Assembly: GCA_963665495.1 (NCBI GenBank)
Contig: OY762289.1
Location: 1,189,909 to 1,253,908, forward strand
Direction of reading: 5' to 3'
Length of the DNA stretch: 64,000 nucleotides
DNA from: Desulfovibrionaceae bacterium
Lineage (GTDB): Bacteria > Desulfobacterota > Desulfovibrionia > Desulfovibrionales > Desulfovibrionaceae
Made by a program: the position numbers and the translations under genes. The notes under the pieces were generated by a model. It saw only the letters and a program-made list of their open reading frames with translations. It searched no databases and was not told where the DNA came from. Positions 56,286 through 64,000 of the stretch are shown one piece after another. Every line of letters starts with the position of its first letter. Within the stretch, counting starts at the first letter, position 1.

Positions 56286-57443
56286 TCAGTCTGTGGGCGG
56301 CGCGATGGTTTCGTAAATTTCGTCGGAGGCCATCATGATGTCCACAGGCGGATCGTAGCCGATGATTTCCGCCACTTTGAGGTTCATGGCGATTTTTTGG
56401 GGAGCCTGCCAGCATTGGTTGATGTCGCGCGGTTTTGCTCCGTTGAGGATTTTGGCCAGGACTTCCGCATTGAATTTCCCCTCGTGTTCGTAATTGGCCT
56501 GGGCAATGCTCATCAGTACGCCGTGTCTGACCTGTTTTGAGCCCAGCATGGAGAATGTCGGCAAGTGATGCGCGTAGAGCGGGGCAAGCAGATTGGGGAG
56601 GTTTTTGACCGTTACGCCCCGGTGTTCCGTAATGTATACGGCATCGACCTTAGGGGCTATTTCCTCATAGCATTTAGCGACGAGAGTTTCAGCTTCCTGC
56701 AACGAAACGTTGTTGAAGGGCGCATTGCAACTGATAACCTTGAAGCCGCGCTCTTTGGCGATGGCGTTGATGGCGTCCAGTGCGGCAAAGGTGGCTCCTT
56801 CAGCGGAGTTCTCGTATACGATCCCCAAACGTTTGAACCCCACAATATTGTGGAAAAGACGGAGCTGTCTTTCATACCGTTCGGGTTCAACCAATGCGTG
56901 GATGTTGTCCCGGCCGGAATCTTCCATGCTTTTTACAATACCCGAACCGATGGGATCGCTGCAGGAGGCCACCATTGTGGGTATCGTATTGGCGTCAACG
57001 GCCAGGTCTTGCCCTGCCCAGGTGCCCAAAGCGAGAATGAGATCAAGGTCTTTTTGTGAATTGGCGCGTTTGAGAAAAGTTGCCTGCGTATTGTGCCTCA
57101 GGTCGGCATCAAAATCGCCAGGCGAGTAGAACGCATCAGCAACAAACTCCAGGTAGTCGCTTTGCGCATTGGCGGAGAGCCATTGCCAGAATTTCTGATC
57201 GTGCATTTTCCCCGGGGGAAAATTTACTTTGAGCCAGCCCAGGTCCTGCAAGCCGAGAAGCGTGTTTCGCAAAATAATCTGGTAATTGGGATATTGTCCG
57301 CCTTCGTAAAAACCAATACGCCATTTTTTTCCATGGTTTGTCACCGGTGAAGTCGGAAAAGCGTCTCCGGGTTTAGCGAATCCGGGGACGGCGAATCCCA
57401 TGGCCAGAACGCAGGTAAGAACGAAAAAGGCGAGCTTCCGCAT
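56286..57443 (-). CDS. Periplasmic substrate-binding protein of the uncharacterised 'ABC transporter substrate-binding' family commonly paired with signalling proteins
   Basis: Signal peptide. 385 aa periplasmic binding-protein fold. Placed between the phosphatase and kinase genes on the same strand. RBS GGGGAG. Confidence 0.55.
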   Translation of the reverse strand: MRKLAFFVLTCVLAMGFAVPGFAKPGDAFPTSPVTNHGKKWRIGFYEGGQYPNYQIILRNTLLGLQDLGWLKVNFPPGKMHDQKFWQWLSANAQSDYLEFVADAFYSPGDFDADLRHNTQATFLKRANSQKDLDLILALGTWAGQDLAVDANTIPTMVASCSDPIGSGIVKSMEDSGRDNIHALVEPERYERQLRLFHNIVGFKRLGIVYENSAEGATFAALDAINAIAKERGFKVISCNAPFNNVSLQEAETLVAKCYEEIAPKVDAVYITEHRGVTVKNLPNLLAPLYAHHLPTFSMLGSKQVRHGVLMSIAQANYEHEGKFNAEVLAKILNGAKPRDINQCWQAPQKIAMNLKVAEIIGYDPPVDIMMASDEIYETIAPPTD

Positions 57444-57593
57444 TTACTACTCCCCTGAGCTTAAGAAAGATAGAATCCTCTAGATATCACAGCTTCTGAT
57501 AGCTGATCAAGAAAGTTTGCAAATCGGGTCAAAAGCTTCCGTTTCGAAAAATGGGTCCGGATAGCTGTATCGATGTTGTAACTACAAGTTGTT

Positions 57594-59633
57594 TCAATCG
57601 TCAGTTGGACCGTTGTATTTGATGCACAGCATGGTGATGTCATCCCATTGCATAAACCCAGCAGCATGTTCGTTGATAGCATCCATGACGCCGCTGATGA
57701 CATCCTTGGGGGTTTTGGTGTTCAGCTTGTCGGTTACCTGCAGTAACCGTTCGTCCGAGAAAAGTTCACGTTCGCAGTTTGCGGCTTCCGTAACGCCGTC
57801 CGTGTACAAAAAGAGGGTTTCGCCCGGCTTGAGCTCCGTATACAGGGTAACATAGGGCATATCCTCCATGGCTCCGGCGATGGGGCCGCTGATGCCTTCG
57901 ACAAATGCGGACTTCCTGGTGGGGCTGAAAATAACGGGAAGATTATGGCCGGCATTGCAATAGCGTATGGCTCCCGTCTGCATGTCCAGCATACCGATGA
58001 TCATGGTGACGAACATGGAGTTCGGATTGTCCGTGCTGAGCGCGTTGTTCACTTTAGACATGATCTCGGCCGGATCGTCATAGGTTTCGGCCATGAGCTT
58101 AACCAGTGTTTTGGTGATGGCCATGAACAGGGCAGCGGGAACGCCTTTGTCCGAGACATCGCCTACGGAAAAAAAGAGCTGTTTTTCATTGATGAAAAAG
58201 AAATCGTACAAATCGCCGCCGACCTGTTTGGCAGGTTCGAGAAAAGCGTACAGCTGTACTTCTTTCAATTCGTCCGAAGGAGGCGGAGGAAATACCTTGG
58301 GCAACAAGCCCATCTGAATACTGCGGGCGATGTGCAGTTCATGCTCGATACGCTGTTTGGAAGCGGTGACGTCCATGAGTTCGCGAATTTTGGTCCGCAG
58401 GGAGGTTTCCATGGACATGAAGGTTTCCGCCAGATGACCCACCTCGTCCTTGTACAATTCCGGCAGGTCTTGGATGGGCGGCGCTTCTTTTCGTTCTTCT
58501 GTGAGATCTGCCTCGGAAAGGCTTTTCGCGTATGCGGAAAGGCGAACGAGCGGCCGGGAAATTTTGTTGGCGAACAACAGTCCGATTATCAGGCTCAGGG
58601 CCAGGGCTGCGGATGTGATCATGCTTTGGCGCGTCAGAAGCTCGCGGGCGGGTTTGTGAACTTCCTCTGTGGAAACATTGGTGCAGATATACCATTTCAG
58701 CGGCTTGAAATAGGTGACATAGGATTCCATCTCTTCGGAACCAGGGACGTTACTTTGATGATAAACAGGTCGGTTTTCGCCGGCATGCGCCGCGTCTATC
58801 AGATCATCCAACAGGTTCTTGTTGTCGAGAACGTTGACGGAAGTTGCGAGCTGCTCTTTGTCTTTTTCAGGAGCAAGGAGAATTTTTTTATTTGCATTGA
58901 AAATAAAGACATAGCCCGTGTCGGCAAAATGAACGTTGGCGATGGTCTCTTTTAGTGTGGCGAAATGCTCCTCGAGCTTGCGTTGCATTTCGATTTCCAC
59001 GTCTCCCACGTAATTGGAAGCGCCGACGGTCCAGCCCCATTTAGGGAAATATCGGAAATGGGCGAACTTTTTAATCGGATCCTCACTTCCGTTCACATCC
59101 CAGATAAATGTGCTGAAGGCGTGTCCTTTTTTTCTGGCCTCTTCTCTGGCAGCGTCAAACAGCGGGCGCCCTTTGATATCCCGTAAATGGGACATATTGC
59201 GTCCGATGAGTTCTTTTTCCGGGTAATAGAGAATGGCGTTGTCTTCGCCGTATATGATGCCGTGTTGCTGATCTTCACCATCCATACGGGCAATCCATTT
59301 CAACGCCATGTTTTTAGCCACATCTTGATCCAGAACGCCTTGATCCGTGAGATTGGCATATTCCTCTATGCCAGCAAGAAAGACATCCGAAAGGGCCTTC
59401 GTATCTCCCTTACGGCGTTTGATGGTTGCCATTTTATCCCAAATCAGATTTTCATAGCTGGCGTCAATGTTCAGGGTTACCAGTTGCAGCACATTCTGGG
59501 CGGAACGTTCTTCTGCAGCGAGCATGGCATTTTCAACGTTGCGTTTACTGAAAATCATGAAAGTGAACGCGACCAGGGAAAGAATGCAGATGACGAGAAA
59601 TAATATTTTTTGTTTCAGGGAGCGCAGTTTCAC
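57594..59633 (-). CDS. Sensor PP2C-family Ser/Thr phosphatase (N-terminal TM - extracytoplasmic Cache-like sensor - TM - HAMP - SpoIIE/PP2C domain)
   Basis: C-terminal PP2C/SpoIIE motifs (…GGDLYDFF… …FSVGDVSDKGVPAALFMAI… …LFLYTDGVTEA…). HAMP-like …LVRLSAYAKSLSEADLTE… RBS AAGGAG 6 nt before GTG 59633. Confidence 0.8.
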   Translation of the reverse strand: MKLRSLKQKILFLVICILSLVAFTFMIFSKRNVENAMLAAEERSAQNVLQLVTLNIDASYENLIWDKMATIKRRKGDTKALSDVFLAGIEEYANLTDQGVLDQDVAKNMALKWIARMDGEDQQHGIIYGEDNAILYYPEKELIGRNMSHLRDIKGRPLFDAAREEARKKGHAFSTFIWDVNGSEDPIKKFAHFRYFPKWGWTVGASNYVGDVEIEMQRKLEEHFATLKETIANVHFADTGYVFIFNANKKILLAPEKDKEQLATSVNVLDNKNLLDDLIDAAHAGENRPVYHQSNVPGSEEMESYVTYFKPLKWYICTNVSTEEVHKPARELLTRQSMITSAALALSLIIGLLFANKISRPLVRLSAYAKSLSEADLTEERKEAPPIQDLPELYKDEVGHLAETFMSMETSLRTKIRELMDVTASKQRIEHELHIARSIQMGLLPKVFPPPPSDELKEVQLYAFLEPAKQVGGDLYDFFFINEKQLFFSVGDVSDKGVPAALFMAITKTLVKLMAETYDDPAEIMSKVNNALSTDNPNSMFVTMIIGMLDMQTGAIRYCNAGHNLPVIFSPTRKSAFVEGISGPIAGAMEDMPYVTLYTELKPGETLFLYTDGVTEAANCERELFSDERLLQVTDKLNTKTPKDVISGVMDAINEHAAGFMQWDDITMLCIKYNGPTDD

Positions 59634-59976
59634 AGGGACTCCTTGTTTTAGGGATGCGCCGGCTGGTTGGATTTTTATTGAATCGAAGCGAAAGGTACCA
59701 GATCGGCTGTTAAAAAACCAGAGCGGGAACATGTCGTTACTGCTGTCCGGCCGGCGAATTCAGTTTAGCAAAATGGCAGGAGAGGAGGATACATTAATGG
59801 GAATTTATTACCAGTGATCTTGTGAAACCCAGGCGATCAGTATAATTCTAACCTGGGTCCTTCTTCTTGTGTTTTGGAGCGTGAGAACGGAAAACCGTGC
59901 GGGATGCAAGGACCCATTTTGACGATTCTGTGACTTTTTGGATTGGCCGGACGAATCGCGCTTGGATGGTGCTTTT

Positions 59977-60663
59977 TTAAAAATATCCCATGCTGCGAAG
60001 CTGTTCGAGGGCCTGTTCTTTGCGCTGTGAGCGTCCCTCGCGTTCTGCTGCTTGCTTATGAGTGGTCAATGCCGGGTTGTTGGTGCAGGGTTCGCAGCCC
60101 AGCGAGCGGTAGCCCCGCGTATAGAGTTCGCAATAGGGCAGGTTGCGACTGGTGATGTAAGCCCAGATATCCATTTCCGTAAATTCAAGCACCGGATGCA
60201 CAAAGCGGTGGACCGGATCGCTACGCTCCTCCAGCCAGGGCCTTTGAGCCCGGTCCGGGTGCTCGTCACGTCTCAGGCCGCTGAGCAACAGTGTGATGCC
60301 AAGTTTTTTCAAGCCCTTCTTGAGTGGCAGGATTTTGCGTACGTTGCAGCAGGCCACAGGATCCTCGGCAACGGGTACGGATTCCGCTTCAGGCCCCGGA
60401 CGCAGAATCTGAAGATCAAGATCCCACGTACGTGCCAGATCGTCTCTGAAACGGCAGATTTCGGCGAACTTCAATCCCGTGTCCAGATTGACTGCAAGAA
60501 CGCGTCCCTCGTGTCCGTGCTGCCGCAAATAGTTGCGCCAGATGTCCAGGGCTACCGTGGAATCCTTACCGCCTGTCCAGGCTACGGCCGCAGGTTTCGC
60601 GGCGGCTGCCTGAATCGTATCCAGACGTTCGTAAGCTTGTTTAATTTTTTCATCCAGAGTCAT
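59977..60663 (-). CDS. Phosphoadenosine phosphosulfate (PAPS) reductase family protein
   Basis: …AVAWTGGKDSTVALDIW… PP-loop-like SGGKDS motif and C-terminal Cys pair (…GCEPCT…) of the PAPS_reduct family. Confidence 0.6.
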   Translation of the reverse strand: MTLDEKIKQAYERLDTIQAAAAKPAAVAWTGGKDSTVALDIWRNYLRQHGHEGRVLAVNLDTGLKFAEICRFRDDLARTWDLDLQILRPGPEAESVPVAEDPVACCNVRKILPLKKGLKKLGITLLLSGLRRDEHPDRAQRPWLEERSDPVHRFVHPVLEFTEMDIWAYITSRNLPYCELYTRGYRSLGCEPCTNNPALTTHKQAAEREGRSQRKEQALEQLRSMGYF

Positions 60664-60752
60664 GACGGTCAGAAAGAGTGGAGGATATGCAGGAAGAGAT
60701 ACGGCAAGCACCGTATCTCTTCCTGTTTGTTGTTTTTTGGAAGCAGATTGCG

Positions 60753-62636
60753 CTATTCGATCGAGCGCAGGTCTTCAAACTTGACGTTGGAGGTTTCATA
60801 CAAGTTTTTAATGTATGCCTCGAACAACTGGTCTCGTTTGTTGTCTTCAATAATGGCGATGAAGTCTTCTTTGCCGGATTCCCATTCCTCGGCGGGGGGA
60901 GCGATGACATCCGAGACTTTGGCCAGCACATAGCTTGAACCAATTTCGTACGGACGTTTCAGCCAGCTGCCTTTTTTGGCTTCATACGCGGCCTGAGACA
61001 GTTCCGGCTCATAGCCGAGTTCCTGAATCAACCCCTGGCGATTGAACTTGGTGGAAGTTTTTACAGTATATCCATCGGGAGTTTCGCCTTTTTCCAGTTT
61101 AGCCAGCAGTGTTTCAGCCGCTTTTTTGGCGTCTTCCATGCTTTTCTGGTGGCGAAGTTTGCTTTCGATCCGTTCCCGGACTGTGTCCAGGGGCTGGTAG
61201 TCGGCCGGCTTTTTTTCCAGGACTTTGGCAAGAACATAGCCGTCCTTGATCTGCAGAGGATCGTCGGTAACGTCGCCCACTTCCATGCCAAAAAGCGTTT
61301 CGGAAGCTTCAGGCGTCAGTCCGAGAACTGCGGCAGCCTCTTTCTGAGCAAAGAACTCGCTGTCTTTCATGGGGATGTTCATGTCCTTTGCGACGATATC
61401 CAGCGTGGAGCCGGTGACAACTTTTTCCAGAGCCTGGTCCACGTTGTCGTGCAGAATGTCCGCGGCATTTTCTTCAGCCGCTTTTTGGCGCACTTCGTCT
61501 TTGACCTGATCCAGAGGGATCACTCCGGCTTCCTTGCGGTCTTCGGCCAGAATCAGATGCCAGCCGAACTGCGTACGGACCGGTTCGCTGATTTCGCCTT
61601 TTTTCAGGGCGAACAAGGCGGTTTCGAAAGGTTTGACCATGGTGCCGATTTTTACCCAGCCCAGGTCGCCGCCGTTGGGGCCTGTGGGCCCTTCGGAGTA
61701 TTCCTTGGCCAGCTCGGCGAAGTCGCCTCCGGATTTGAGTTTGGCCGCCACTTCGTCAATTTTGGATTTGGCCTCTGCGACCTTGTCGTCAGGAGCGTCC
61801 TTATCAACACGGACCAGGATGTGCCGGGCTTTGACTTCTTCCTGGCGGGTATAGTCGGTTTTCAGTTTGCGCTTGTAATAACTCTCAATGTCCGAATCCG
61901 TTACCGTGGTTTTGTCAGCCAGGGTTTCGGGGGAGAACAGCATATAGGCTATCTTGACCTGCGGATCGATTTTGAATTCTTCTTTGTTGTCTTTATAGTA
62001 AGCGTCGATTTCAGCCGGGGTTACGCTAACGCTTTTTGTGAAGTTGCCGGCTTCAATGGTGATGTAGTCTATTTTGCGCTCTTCATTGACGAATTCGTAG
62101 AGATCTTTGGCTTCAGGTTCGCTGACAAAAGCCGGCAGCGTTGCGTATTCCTTCATTTTCTGACGCATCAGGGTATTGCGAATGTCGTTTTCGAACGCTC
62201 CGGCAGAAATCTGCTGGCTGCTCAGGATGCGCTGGTACAGAGTTTTATCAAATTTGCCATCCGCGCCCTTGAAGGCGGGCACCTTTTTAATTTCGTTGAT
62301 GATTTCGTATTGCGAAGGGATGACGTTGAGTTTTGAGGCTTCTTTTTCGAGCAGCATGGATTCGATCATCTGGGTCAGATATTGTTTTTTCAGTCCCATC
62401 TGATTGATCTGCTCCCAGGTCAAATCAGGACGGCTCATACGGACGTTGTGGATATACCGCTCGAAAGCCATCATGAAGTCCTTTTCCATGATCGGTTCGT
62501 CATCCACATAGGCGATTACTGCCGCTTTGTTTCCGGTCATGGAGCCCACACCCCAGAAAGCGAAAACGATGATGATCAGGCCGAAGAGGATTTTAACGCC
62601 CCAGGATTCGGCGCTTCTGCGTATCATCTCTAACAT
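60753..62636 (-). CDS. ppiD: Periplasmic chaperone/peptidyl-prolyl isomerase PpiD (SurA-like, membrane-anchored)
   Basis: N-terminal TM (…WGVKILFGLIIIVFAFWGV…). SurA-like chaperone regions and parvulin domain (…GGDLGWVKIGTMVKPFETALFALKKGEISEPVRTQFGWHLIL…). RBS AGGAGA 5 nt before ATG 62636. Confidence 0.8.
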   Translation of the reverse strand: MLEMIRRSAESWGVKILFGLIIIVFAFWGVGSMTGNKAAVIAYVDDEPIMEKDFMMAFERYIHNVRMSRPDLTWEQINQMGLKKQYLTQMIESMLLEKEASKLNVIPSQYEIINEIKKVPAFKGADGKFDKTLYQRILSSQQISAGAFENDIRNTLMRQKMKEYATLPAFVSEPEAKDLYEFVNEERKIDYITIEAGNFTKSVSVTPAEIDAYYKDNKEEFKIDPQVKIAYMLFSPETLADKTTVTDSDIESYYKRKLKTDYTRQEEVKARHILVRVDKDAPDDKVAEAKSKIDEVAAKLKSGGDFAELAKEYSEGPTGPNGGDLGWVKIGTMVKPFETALFALKKGEISEPVRTQFGWHLILAEDRKEAGVIPLDQVKDEVRQKAAEENAADILHDNVDQALEKVVTGSTLDIVAKDMNIPMKDSEFFAQKEAAAVLGLTPEASETLFGMEVGDVTDDPLQIKDGYVLAKVLEKKPADYQPLDTVRERIESKLRHQKSMEDAKKAAETLLAKLEKGETPDGYTVKTSTKFNRQGLIQELGYEPELSQAAYEAKKGSWLKRPYEIGSSYVLAKVSDVIAPPAEEWESGKEDFIAIIEDNKRDQLFEAYIKNLYETSNVKFEDLRSIE

Positions 62637-62716
62637 AATTTCTCCTGGCAATCGGCCGGAGGGCTGCCCCTCCGGCCTTCAGTTTTGTGTTCGAATTTCG
62701 AAGCCCTGGTACAGAC

Positions 62717-64000
62717 TCAGGCTTTTTTGGATTCGCGTACGTAGTTGAGCAGACCGCCGGCACGAATGATGGCCAACTCGTTTTCAGTCAGGTCGTTGGA
62801 AACGGCAATGCTTTTCCCGTTGTTCAGCTTGAGCTGTACCACGCCGCCGGCCGTGATTTCCGAAGCCGGGATTTCCAGGCCCTGTCCCTGGTCGATGGCA
62901 TCGTAGTCGCTTTTATCTACAAGAAGAAGCGGGAGGATGCCGAAGTTGACAAGATTGGCGCGGTGAATGCGGGCCAGGGATTTGGCGATAACCGCCTTGA
63001 CGCCGAGATGGCGAGGTCCCAGGGCGGCATGTTCGCGGCTGGAGCCCTGTCCGTAGTTTTCGCCGCCAAGAATCACGCCGTGTCCCGCCTGTTTGATCCG
63101 GGGAACAAAGCCTTCATCCACACGGCTGAATATGTATTCGCTGATGGCCGGTACATTGGACCGCAGTGCGGTGATTTGCGCACCGGCGGGCAGGATATGG
63201 TCCGTGGTGATGTCGTCGCCCACTTTAAGCTGCACGCTGGTGTTAATGGTCACGGGCATCGCGTCGAACCGTTCCAGGGGAACGATGTTCGGTCCGCGGA
63301 TGATGCCCAGGCCCTCAGCGTCGTCCGACCCGGGTGTGGGCGGATAGATGAACAGGTGGCCGATGGTGGGCACGTTGCGCGGCAGAAAGGGTTTTACCAG
63401 CAAGGGTTCGCCCCATTCGGCCGGATCAACGAAAGCACCCATTTTGGCAGCCTGCGCCGCGGTCAGCGGGCTGACCAGGTATACCTGTCCGTCCTGGGTG
63501 CCGCTGCGTCCTTCAAAGTTGCGATTGAAGGTACGGGCGCTGACGCCTTTGGAGACGGGCGAACCGCCCATGCCGATGCACGGGCCACAGGCGCACTCCA
63601 GCAGGCGTGCGCCGGAATCGATCAGGCATTCGAGCAGTTCGTCCTGGGCCAGGAGTTTGAGCACCTGTTTGGAGCCAGGAGCGATCAGGACATCCGTATC
63701 TTCATGTACAGTGTGCTTTTTGAACAATTCGGCTACGGAAGCCAGGTCGGTGTACGAGGAGTTGGTGCAGGAGCCGATGCAGACCTGGTCAACCGGAAGG
63801 CCGTGCAGTTCGGCAACAGGAACGACCTTGTCCGGCATATGCGGTTGTGCGGCAAGGGGAACCAACGTGGACAGATCGATTTTGAATTCCTCGTCGTAGC
63901 TTGCATCAGGATCGGCTTCCAGCGCTTCGAAATCCGCCGGGCGCTCCATGGTACGCAGAAATTCCTTGGTCTGCTGGTCGCTGGGAAAAATCGACGTTGT
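62717..64000 (-). CDS. Aconitate hydratase family protein, N-terminus beyond the window edge
   Basis: Aconitase C-terminal catalytic and swivel-domain blocks (…CIGSCTNSSY…, …CGPCIGMGG…, …ILGGENYGQGSSREHAALGPRHLGVKAVIAKSLARIHRANL…). The ORF is open to nt 64000. Confidence 0.8.
   Translation of the reverse strand, partial: TTSIFPSDQQTKEFLRTMERPADFEALEADPDASYDEEFKIDLSTLVPLAAQPHMPDKVVPVAELHGLPVDQVCIGSCTNSSYTDLASVAELFKKHTVHEDTDVLIAPGSKQVLKLLAQDELLECLIDSGARLLECACGPCIGMGGSPVSKGVSARTFNRNFEGRSGTQDGQVYLVSPLTAAQAAKMGAFVDPAEWGEPLLVKPFLPRNVPTIGHLFIYPPTPGSDDAEGLGIIRGPNIVPLERFDAMPVTINTSVQLKVGDDITTDHILPAGAQITALRSNVPAISEYIFSRVDEGFVPRIKQAGHGVILGGENYGQGSSREHAALGPRHLGVKAVIAKSLARIHRANLVNFGILPLLLVDKSDYDAIDQGQGLEIPASEITAGGVVQLKLNNGKSIAVSNDLTENELAIIRAGGLLNYVRESKKA

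Noticed and set aside
57945-58955. 336-aa plus-strand ORF, and 61149-62336 (395 aa)
   Set aside because: Antisense to the PP2C phosphatase and to ppiD; spurious frames.

Overview
This 64 kb window is GC-rich chromosomal DNA (about 55-60% GC) whose gene content points to a sulfate-reducer-like deltaproteobacterium (Desulfovibrio-like). That assignment is an inference, and the key signals are a split glycine dehydrogenase gcvH-gcvPA-gcvPB-lpd operon, an AmmeMemoRadiSam-type radical SAM gene, the cobalamin genes cbiD/cobO, and a fused TIGR03960/TIGR03936-like radical SAM gene.

Most of the window is housekeeping/accessory and densely coded:
- 1-7 kb: an RND efflux pump subunit (5' end truncated by the window edge), a MATE transporter and the fused radical SAM gene.
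- 7-12 kb: a small hypothetical gene, an AI-2E transporter, a small ferredoxin, and a lipoprotein with a long disordered linker next to an OmpA/vWA protein.
- 12-17 kb: the glycine-cleavage operon.
- 17-27 kb: a CheY-like regulator, an HD-domain protein, an aminotransferase, RidA, a YibE/F membrane protein, an alkaline phosphatase, a MoaE-like protein, an FmdB zinc ribbon, a Bcp peroxiredoxin, CbiD and a hypothetical protein.
- 27-33 kb: a PAS-rich hybrid histidine kinase and an NfeD-flotillin pair.
- 33-38 kb: an IscA-like protein, the radical SAM-cobO pair, a small secreted protein, purM and a polytopic membrane protein.
- 59.9-64 kb: a PAPS-reductase-family protein, PpiD and a partial aconitase running off the 3' edge.

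The standout region is roughly 37.1-59.7 kb.
- It opens with a strongly AT-rich island (about 20-35% GC locally) carrying two Flp-type prepilins and three TadE/TadG-type pseudopilins. The island appears to have replaced the 3' end of the preceding membrane-protein gene.
- Next comes a GC-normal Tad/Cpa-type assembly block: cpaB, the secretin cpaC, a fused TadZ(ParA-like)-TadA(CpaF) ATPase, a TadB with an N-terminal TPR extension, a thioredoxin-fold lipoprotein, an additional PilB/GspE-type ATPase and tadC.
- Three FHA-domain membrane proteins follow, translationally coupled to each other and butted directly against tadC.
- A convergent Ser/Thr kinase - periplasmic binding protein - sensor-PP2C phosphatase operon sits opposite them.

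Together these look like a Tad-like pilus or secretion machine with two motor ATPase classes, apparently wired to a threonine-phosphorylation (STK/PP2C/FHA) control module. I regard it as the most novel content in the window. No rRNA, tRNA, CRISPR array, IS element or prophage genes were recognised.
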